Shown piece by piece: positions 6,755-13,259 of a stretch of 13,259 bases of DNA. The position numbers and the translations under genes were made by a program. This DNA comes from Pseudomonadota bacterium. Lineage in GTDB: Bacteria; Bdellovibrionota; FAC87; UBA2466. Positions within the stretch are counted from its first letter, which is position 1. Every line of letters begins with the position of its first letter. The notes under the pieces are model-generated. The model searched no databases, was not told the origin of the DNA, and saw nothing but the letters and a program-made list of their open reading frames with translations. Location of the stretch: assembly GCA_043718025.1 (NCBI GenBank), contig JAYSWN010000057.1, positions 1 to 13,259 on the forward strand, read 5' to 3'.

Positions 6755-7498
6755 ATGGAACTCACCATTCTCATCACCACAATCAATGAAGCCGACAACC
6801 TGAAGCTCCTTATCCCCGATCTTCATGCGGCGTTGGTCGTGGAACAAATGAACTACGAGATCCTCATTATTGATGGGCCATCCACCGATAAAACCGCAGA
6901 AGTGGCCAGTTCCCTAAATTGCCGAGTAGAGCGGCAAACTAGTCCTGGTTACGCCCAAGCTATTCGCGACGGAATTCGCTCGGCGAAGGGAAAACGCATC
7001 ATTGTGATGGACGCCGATGGCTCCCATGCTCCAGCCGACGCCGCCAGGCTGTATCAAAATCGCAACCTCGCCGATATCGTCATCAACTCCCGCTATATTT
7101 CCAAAGGAGGAAGCGACACGAAATGGAGTAGAAGTCTGCTCAGTCGCTTTCTCAACTTCTGCTACCGAACGGTGCTAGGACTTCCCTTTCGGGAAATCTC
7201 AGGCGGCTTTCGTATCTACCGCAGCGAAATTTTTCAGCGTTTCGAACTCAAATCCAAGTTTTATGAAGTCCAAGAAGAAATGCTCATTAAACCTTACTGG
7301 CTAGGCTACAGAGCGGTGGAAATACCCTACGTCTACCATGAGCGGGTTCACGGGGTGTCCAAAGCAAAATTAATCACTTACGGCTTCCACCTTCTACTCG
7401 CCATGATGCGATTTCGTCTGGAAAAAGAACGGTTTCTAAAGAGCCTCACCGCATCCGAATCAACCCGTACGGATACCTCGCATCGTATTGGACTTTAG
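6755..7498 (+). CDS. GT2 polyprenol-phosphate glycosyltransferase (DPM1/Ppm1-like)
   Basis: TTINEADNL, IIDGPSTDKT, GYAQAI, VMDADGSH (DxD), SRY..GG, GGFRIYR, EIPYVYHERVHGVSK; AGGA SD; 6 nt from the GNAT stop. Confidence 0.88.
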   Translation: MELTILITTINEADNLKLLIPDLHAALVVEQMNYEILIIDGPSTDKTAEVASSLNCRVERQTSPGYAQAIRDGIRSAKGKRIIVMDADGSHAPADAARLYQNRNLADIVINSRYISKGGSDTKWSRSLLSRFLNFCYRTVLGLPFREISGGFRIYRSEIFQRFELKSKFYEVQEEMLIKPYWLGYRAVEIPYVYHERVHGVSKAKLITYGFHLLLAMMRFRLEKERFLKSLTASESTRTDTSHRIGL

Positions 7499-7549
7499 GA
7501 GCTCTTTTACCTCACCCAGTTTCAAACGAAATGTGCTATTCACCCTCCC

Positions 7550-8071
7550 ATGTCTATGGATTCAGTAGCTTGTTCGGGCTGTTTACGGCCAAAAGTGGTG
7601 GAGAAGTGCGGCTTATGCGAAGCTCCGCTTTGTAAAAAGTGCACCCAATTCGTGAAGCCCAACACCTTTGCCTTTTTGAACCCGCTGCCCGCCGAGCTAA
7701 GCCACAAAGAGTATTGTGAGCCCTGCTATTGGGCAAAGGTAGAGCCAGCCTTAGCCGACTACGGCCAGAAGATGTACCGCGCCAAAAACTTTTTTGTGTT
7801 TCACCGCCACCAAGGCGAAGAGACGCGCCTATGGAAACGAACCGAAAAGCCGCTTAACGTGATTGACTGTACCGATCGCGAAGAAACATTACTGCGTTTG
7901 GCTTTTGCCGCGGCCAAATTGGGAGACTTTAACGCCCTATTGGACGTGACCATCACCCAGAAGCAGAAGCGCAACCAAGGTTACCAAACCTCGCGCTTTT
8001 CCGGCGTGGCGGTACCAGTTAAACTCGAGTCAAAATTGATTGCGGCGATGGAAGCCTCTATAAAGAGGTAG
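7550..8071 (+). CDS. Hypothetical protein: N-terminal 8-Cys zinc finger plus putative YbjQ/UPF0145-like C-terminal domain
   Basis: Four CxxC pairs (C8/11, C20/23, C28/31, C56/59); REETLLRLAFAAAKLGDFNALLDV...SGVAVPV; followed by a terminator. Confidence 0.7.
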   Translation: MSMDSVACSGCLRPKVVEKCGLCEAPLCKKCTQFVKPNTFAFLNPLPAELSHKEYCEPCYWAKVEPALADYGQKMYRAKNFFVFHRHQGEETRLWKRTEKPLNVIDCTDREETLLRLAFAAAKLGDFNALLDVTITQKQKRNQGYQTSRFSGVAVPVKLESKLIAAMEASIKR

Positions 8072-8108
8072 GGCAATAGCCACGTTGCTCGGATACCACT
8101 TTACAAAT

Positions 8109-8146
8109 AAAAAGGCCCAGCAAGTAAGTTCTTGCTGGGCCTTTTT
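8109..8146. terminator. Bidirectional intrinsic terminator between convergent genes
   Basis: Perfect 16-bp inverted repeat AAAAAGGCCCAGCAAG-taagtt-CTTGCTGGGCCTTTTT, giving a U5 tract on both strands. Confidence 0.92.
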
Positions 8147-8186
8147 GACGAATCCCCTTATCCGGAACAAATCGAAATGATTACCA

Positions 8187-9101
8187 TCAACGCGTAGGAC
8201 ACCACCAACAGAAGTTAACGTCGGCGGGACGGTCGTTGTTCATGCCGCGCACTACAACGGTTAATTGGTCGGCCTGAACGTTTTCAGTATTAACTCGACC
8301 GCCGTATCCATACGGGTAAGCGGAAGTGCTCTTAGCCACCAAGCTCGAAAGGTTGCGAGTGACGGTTACCGGCGTGGTGGAGGTGCTCCTAAAACCCGAA
8401 ACCGGGGTCACCACCGCGGTAAGGTTTAACGTTGGCGATTCGGCTTCTACCGTGGCCTTCGTTTTACCGATTGCCGTGGTCAATCTGATAATCGATCCCG
8501 GCACCACGCGCAGTTTTGCTTCTAAACTTTTCCCATCCGCAAGCTTGTTCCAAGCCCAGATAACCGTCTCTTGGCGGCCGTAGGGGCTCCCCTGAAGAGT
8601 GTATCCGTCGTAGTTTGCGTCTTGCGGATAATCGATATCAATGCGGTACTGCATTACGTTGGCGGCCATGGTGAGGACCAAATCATAGACTCCCCAGTTG
8701 CGCGATTGATTGTTATCGCCCCAGAATGAGAATTGGTTTGAGCCTTGATTAGGGTAGAAAAAGTTGGTGAAATATCGGTCGAAGGCGCTCACTTTAATCG
8801 TGGTCGAGTAGACTGCCGAGACTACCGTAGAGTAATTCGAAAAAATCCAGTCGGCGTATTGCATCAACGCGTTGTCGGGACCGTAATCGTTTGATTGCAC
8901 CAACGAGGTTCCGCGAAGCTGAGTTGCGCCCCTTTGGCCCGTGGCGGTTTTTACTAAGAAAGATTTACGATCGTCATCGGGAGCGTAAGAAAACGATTTC
9001 TTTTCGACTTTGGTGGCAAGGTCCATGGCCAGCGGTGGAATGATTTTTCCACAGCCGATAATTCCTAAAGCGATTGATAGCGTTGTGGCGTAGCGAAACA
9101 T
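8187..9101 (-). CDS. Uncharacterised predicted lipoprotein (304 aa); start revised to ATG 9101
   Basis: GGGAGG SD (9107-9112) just upstream of the ATG; signal MFRYATTLSIALGIIG-C with lipobox Cys17; mature region rich in Thr/Ser/Asn/aromatics; ends in NFCWWCPTR. Confidence 0.8.
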   Translation of the reverse strand: MFRYATTLSIALGIIGCGKIIPPLAMDLATKVEKKSFSYAPDDDRKSFLVKTATGQRGATQLRGTSLVQSNDYGPDNALMQYADWIFSNYSTVVSAVYSTTIKVSAFDRYFTNFFYPNQGSNQFSFWGDNNQSRNWGVYDLVLTMAANVMQYRIDIDYPQDANYDGYTLQGSPYGRQETVIWAWNKLADGKSLEAKLRVVPGSIIRLTTAIGKTKATVEAESPTLNLTAVVTPVSGFRSTSTTPVTVTRNLSSLVAKSTSAYPYGYGGRVNTENVQADQLTVVVRGMNNDRPADVNFCWWCPTR

Positions 9102-9341
9102 GGTTGCCTCCCTAGATGCGTTCCAAGTTGAAAATCGTTGTTGCAAATCAGTCAGTATGAATTGGTATTGCAAAGGGGGGACCAAACCGCGACTCAGCTA
9201 GATCCGTATTCTGTGGGGCTTCAGTTGCGCTTGGCTTTCATACGGCGGCCTTCAAATCAAAATCCGACAGCCACGCGGAAACGTAATATAAACGTATAAA
9301 TTCAAATACTTAAATCACATAAAAGCGACAATGTCGAACCA

Positions 9342-9350
9342 TGTTACACT
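9342..9350 (+). promoter_or_regulatory. Candidate extended -10 promoter (TG-T-TACACT) for the CgeB-like gene
   Basis: TGnTACACT 36 nt before GTG 9387, downstream of an AT-rich tract (about 9280-9325). Confidence 0.35.
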
Positions 9351-9386
9351 TGCCTATATTCTGCTGCGGGAAAGGGAAAACCAATC

Positions 9387-10439
9387 GTGAAGACACTCTT
9401 TTTCGGAAGTACCCAAGGCACCCACTGTTCACTGCATTACTTCACGGCCCTCTCCAGGCTGGGCCATCCTGTCTTTGCCTACGATCCGCAAGTCTTCCGC
9501 TGCGATTCGTTAGCCGAAAAAATACGGCTTAAACTCACTCACCAGCCATCGCCGGCCCGCATCGCTCGAGCAAAAAATAGGCTTCTTGCTCTCACCGCCC
9601 AGAACCAGTTCGACTTGGTTTTCGTGATGGCCGAAAATTTTTTGGATGCCGAAACCATTCAAGAGATTCAAAAGGGCAGCGGCGGTAAAACTCGGGTTTG
9701 TTACCACTCTCACGACAACGTCTTTTCCCCCGGCATCCTAAAGCCGCATCATTTTGAACAGACTTTAAAAGCCTACGACTTTCTGTTCACGACCAAGTCG
9801 CAAAATGTCGCCAAATACGTTGCGCTAGGCCAAGCGAATGCCTTTTTTATCGCCTCGGCGTACGAGCCAACTTGCCATCGGCCCATCTCCCGGGCCGAAA
9901 GCTGCCTACCCCGCGACTATCCCGTTTCGTTTGTGGGAACCTTTGATGGTTCACGCTTGCCTGAAATCGAAGCTAGCGGCTGGCATCGCACTTTTGTGTG
10001 GGGCGACGGCTGGCGCCGTTGGCCCGGATACCTAAGCCATCAGGCTAACATTCAACCCGAAGCCATTTACTACCTTCAGTTTGCCGACGTGATAAGCCGC
10101 AGCGCCTGTTCATTGGGCCTGCTGCGGGCTGAAGCCGAAGATCGCCACACCCAACGCACATTCGAAATTCCGGCCTGCGGCGGCTTGCAGTTTGCGCCCC
10201 GTAACGAGGAGATTCAAAACTACTTCGATGAAAATAAAGAAATTGTGCTGTTCGACTCAAACCAAGAGCTAAAAGAGAAGTTAGATTTTTATCTCACCCA
10301 TGAAACCGAAAGAAAAAAGATCGCCCACGCGGGTTACCAACGCTGCCTCAGCGGCAAACATTCATACGTAGATCGTGTTTCGGAAATGCTTCAACTCATC
10401 TCGCCGTACTTTAAGAAAACAGCCGGGCAATCACGGTAA
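9387..10439 (+). CDS. CgeB/YkvP-family (Glyco_trans_1_2-type, GT-B) glycosyltransferase
   Basis: VSFVGT, HTQRTFEIPACGG, YFDENKEIVLFDS..ELKEKLDFYL.HETERKKIAHAG..RC...HSYVDR are characteristic of the family C-terminus; GTG start. Confidence 0.85.
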   Translation: MKTLFFGSTQGTHCSLHYFTALSRLGHPVFAYDPQVFRCDSLAEKIRLKLTHQPSPARIARAKNRLLALTAQNQFDLVFVMAENFLDAETIQEIQKGSGGKTRVCYHSHDNVFSPGILKPHHFEQTLKAYDFLFTTKSQNVAKYVALGQANAFFIASAYEPTCHRPISRAESCLPRDYPVSFVGTFDGSRLPEIEASGWHRTFVWGDGWRRWPGYLSHQANIQPEAIYYLQFADVISRSACSLGLLRAEAEDRHTQRTFEIPACGGLQFAPRNEEIQNYFDENKEIVLFDSNQELKEKLDFYLTHETERKKIAHAGYQRCLSGKHSYVDRVSEMLQLISPYFKKTAGQSR

Positions 10440-11574
10440 GGTGCTGCTTAGGATGCAGTTTTTTTGCCAGCGCCCAGAAATCCGCCGTCAATTCGGTTGG
10501 AGGCTCCACCGCTTTAGATTCTAAGAGAGAACGCAGCTCTGCAAGCGAAGAAAAAAAATGGATGAGCCCTTCGAAGTCTTCGGTCTTGGGCACGCGGGTC
10601 GAGAACACCGGTTTGTGGCGGTGCAGCGCCTCAAGCGTTTTCACGGCAAACGCCCCGTCCTGTGACATCAGCTCGGCGTAGGGGAAAAAGGCCACGTCTA
10701 TCGCATCCCAGTAAGCCAACGCTTCCTCCCTGGGGCACCAAGCGACCCGATGAAAATTGGGATAGCGCGCGAGTTTGAGTAATTTGCTCTCACCTAGCTC
10801 ATCGGTTCGCCCCACCAGCAAAACTCCCCAACTCGGAAAGGCCACCAGAGTCTGTTCGATCAGCGAAAAATCTAGCCCTTCCCCCAGGTGAGAGCCTACG
10901 TATCCCAAGACCTGATTAGGAAAGTGCTTAGGCAATTTTGCCCGCGCCGCAAGCGGTTGTGCGGCCAAACACGCCAAGGATAAACTCACCGGGGGAAATA
11001 CCCGGTGAGTTTTCTGTTTCTGCTTCGTTGAAAACAGGGCGGTGGCAAAAGAATTTTGGCAGGTGATAATCCGGGCTTTGTCGCCAAGCAGCCCATCGGG
11101 AAGATGGCCATACGGATTATCAAACACCGAATAAATGTCGGGCGCGGGCAAAGACTCAAGCAACGCTTCGTCGCAGCCTCCCCAAATCCAAAAGAGTGGA
11201 TTACTTGCGGCCTTCAAATACCCTAAAAGTTGTCGAGCTTCCCAACGCCGACTGAGAACATTCAACTTTGGCACGCGCCGAAGGGGCAGTTGTCTGAGCG
11301 AAGTCACCCTTAGATTGGGTCGGGTGGGGTTAACGGTGGGACGGTACCGGCGCCAGCCGCGGCCATCGATCCAAGTTACGGAAAGGCCCTCGTCGGCCAA
11401 AAGGTAGGCCAGGCTCTGCTGTACAAAACCGTGAGCCTCCCAAAATCGCTCGAGGCTAAACATCACCACGTGGGAATGGCGTTTAAAGAACGGTTTGGCT
11501 CGCTCCCACTCTGACTGGATCGCGTCCTCCCAACCATTTGGGACAAGCGGGAGGTGTGGCGGAGGGTGGGTCAT
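10411..11574 (-). CDS. GT-B glycosyltransferase (GT4/TuaH-like)
   Basis: VLGYVGS, LDFSLI..., FPSWGVLLVG, PNFH, DVAFFPY, AVKTLEALHRHKPVFST (variant of the PxKxxEYLAxGKPVVST donor-binding motif). Confidence 0.75.
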   Translation of the reverse strand: MTHPPPHLPLVPNGWEDAIQSEWERAKPFFKRHSHVVMFSLERFWEAHGFVQQSLAYLLADEGLSVTWIDGRGWRRYRPTVNPTRPNLRVTSLRQLPLRRVPKLNVLSRRWEARQLLGYLKAASNPLFWIWGGCDEALLESLPAPDIYSVFDNPYGHLPDGLLGDKARIITCQNSFATALFSTKQKQKTHRVFPPVSLSLACLAAQPLAARAKLPKHFPNQVLGYVGSHLGEGLDFSLIEQTLVAFPSWGVLLVGRTDELGESKLLKLARYPNFHRVAWCPREEALAYWDAIDVAFFPYAELMSQDGAFAVKTLEALHRHKPVFSTRVPKTEDFEGLIHFFSSLAELRSLLESKAVEPPTELTADFWALAKKLHPKQHLTVIARLFS

Positions 11575-11578
11575 CTTT

Positions 11579-12931
11579 TTATTCGGGATTCACTTCAGCC
11601 ATCGCCTCTTCCTCGACGTCTTCGGTAGGGAGAGTGAGTAAGCTTAGTTTAGCATTGTAGGATAGGAGTTCGGCATATCGACCAAAGGCCACTAAAGTAT
11701 CGAACAGCCGATCGAGCTTTTCATTAGGAAAATAATTCTGCAGTTTGGCCAGAACCGCCTCTTTTTCTATCGCCTTAGATTCGCTCTCCGAAAGCCACGC
11801 CAGCAGGGTCTGAAAAATGCGTAGCCCCCGCACCTGATTAGAGAACAGCTCTTTTCTCTCGAGCGTGTCGCCCCGAACAAAGCGCTTGCCAAGCTCAGTG
11901 AAAACTACCGTCTGTTTCGGAGTGTCAACAAAGTCTAAGATCTCGGCGGTCTTGGTTACGGCCAAAGTGTGACCAAACTCGCTCTCGGTTTCGTTGGCGA
12001 GATTAAAAATATCCATCTTGCCGCCGTGATCGTCCACCACTTCTAGTAACCCAATAATTTCTGAGGGGCCAACCGACGGTAAGCTCTCGAGCCCCTGGTA
12101 CCAGGCGGGCTGCGACATGGTCGGCGGCTTTTCAATCGTTTCGGGAATTAAGGCCTCGGTAATTACGGAATGGATCACATCGATAAGGTCGCGAAGCTTT
12201 TTGTCTTTAGGATCACGCGGGTATGGCAAGCCGTTAGTCAAAACCGTACGGATGTGCCCCGGATCGGTGCCAAAAACAAAAACCCGCTGAGCCATCATCG
12301 CCGCTTCGGTAATATCGTGAGTTATCATCACCACGCTTTTAACGGCCTTTGATTTCTCTTTCCATATGTTGATAACTTCGGCCCGCATGTTTTCCGCCGT
12401 CAATACGTCGACCGCCGAGAAAGGCTCATCCAGACACAAGATCTCGGGCCGTACCGCTAGCGCGCGTGCGATGCCCACGCGTTGGCGCATGCCACCGGAG
12501 AGCTCGCGAGGGTAAGCCTCTTCGAATCCGCCCAATCCCACCATGTCGATGGCTTCGTTGACCCGAATTTTTACTTGCCGGGAAGTCATCGGAAACTGAT
12601 TGAGCCCGAGCCCAATATTTTGCTCAACCGTAAACCAGGGCAATAGCGCAAAGTTTTGAAACACCAATGAGATCTGATGATTGATTCCGTGCAACGGCTT
12701 GCCGTGAGCTAAGACCTGCCCTTCGGTGGGCTGAAGCAGCCCGGCCATGATCTTAAGGGTCGTGGTCTTGCCACAGCCCGAGGGGCCGAGAAAGGCAACG
12801 ATCTCGCCCTCCTGAATGGAAACATTCACGTTCTTCAGAACCTGAAGTTCGCGCCCTTTTTCCATACGAAACCGGTGCGAAATTCTTTCTAAAGAAAGCA
12901 GCGGCTCTTTGTAATTTGACGAGCTGGACAA
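11579..12931 (-). CDS. ABC transporter ATP-binding protein, NitT/TauT (nitrate/sulfonate/bicarbonate) family, with long C-terminal AAA-associated domain
   Basis: Walker [10 protein letters not shown]-loop [10 protein letters not shown], signature LSGGMRQR, Walker [13 protein letters not shown]-loop ITHD; ~170-aa C-terminal extension; TTG start with GGAG SD 7 nt upstream. Confidence 0.93.
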   Translation of the reverse strand: MSSSSNYKEPLLSLERISHRFRMEKGRELQVLKNVNVSIQEGEIVAFLGPSGCGKTTTLKIMAGLLQPTEGQVLAHGKPLHGINHQISLVFQNFALLPWFTVEQNIGLGLNQFPMTSRQVKIRVNEAIDMVGLGGFEEAYPRELSGGMRQRVGIARALAVRPEILCLDEPFSAVDVLTAENMRAEVINIWKEKSKAVKSVVMITHDITEAAMMAQRVFVFGTDPGHIRTVLTNGLPYPRDPKDKKLRDLIDVIHSVITEALIPETIEKPPTMSQPAWYQGLESLPSVGPSEIIGLLEVVDDHGGKMDIFNLANETESEFGHTLAVTKTAEILDFVDTPKQTVVFTELGKRFVRGDTLERKELFSNQVRGLRIFQTLLAWLSESESKAIEKEAVLAKLQNYFPNEKLDRLFDTLVAFGRYAELLSYNAKLSLLTLPTEDVEEEAMAEVNPE

Positions 12932-12935
12932 GAAT

Positions 12936-13259
12936 TCACTCCAAACGAAAACGCGTTTCGGCTAACCGGTATAGCCGATTCCAAAATAGCCGATTCAATA
13001 TCACAACTGTTGATACCATGACGAGCACGGCCCCGCCTAAACGGGCAAAGTCTCCGGCTTGCGCCGCTTGGGTGATGGTAGCGCCAATGCCGTGGGCAAC
13101 CAATTCTGAATTACCCACCCTAACCACTTCGGCCACGATGCAAGCATTCCACGATCCGCCAGCCGCCGTTATCAAGCCGTTAACCAATGAGGGGAAAATC
13201 GCGGGCAAAATGATCGACTTCCAGTAATGCCAGCCCCTCACTCTAAATATTGCCGCCAA
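12936..13259 (-). CDS. ABC transporter permease, NitT/TauT family; C-terminal part only (5' end beyond the window)
   Basis: EAA-loop-like [56 protein letters not shown]; stop 4 nt before the ATPase start. Confidence 0.88.
   Translation of the reverse strand: MAAIFRVRGWHYWKSIILPAIFPSLVNGLITAAGGSWNACIVAEVVRVGNSELVAHGIGATITQAAQAGDFARLGGAVLVMVSTVVILNRLFWNRLYRLAETRFRLE

Noticed and set aside
9102..9185. 28-aa N-terminal extension of the lipoprotein ORF
   Set aside because: The strong SD and signal peptide begin at ATG 9101.
9245..9262. CTTCAAA resembling a tRNA-Sec anticodon loop
   Set aside because: Flanks do not form an anticodon stem and no cloverleaf is possible.
12916..13227. 103-aa plus-strand ORF
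   Set aside because: Antisense to the clearly recognisable ABC permease.

Overview
Bacterial, gene-dense window dominated by cell-envelope glycan genes. No rRNA, tRNA, CRISPR array or mobile element is recognisable. Left to right: a membrane-anchored Hanks-type Ser/Thr kinase (-); a structured ~500-nt non-coding gap with tandem terminator-like hairpins; two divergent, distantly related GT-C-fold (ArnT/PMT-like) membrane glycosyltransferases; a tightly coupled operon of perosamine-synthase-like aminotransferase, GNAT acyltransferase and DPM1-like GT2; an 8-Cys zinc-finger protein with a YbjQ-like tail; a bidirectional terminator; an uncharacterised lipoprotein ending in CWWC (-); a CgeB/YkvP-type glycosyltransferase (+); and, converging on it, an apparent operon of NitT/TauT-type ABC permease (partial), ATPase and GT4-like glycosyltransferase (-). 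The best candidate for an undescribed system is the 1785-7498 block. It has the logic of the Arn (L-Ara4N) pathway but appears built around an N-acylated perosamine-type sugar, with a GNAT acylase and two GT-C transferases. All calls come from reading motifs by eye; no database searches were run.
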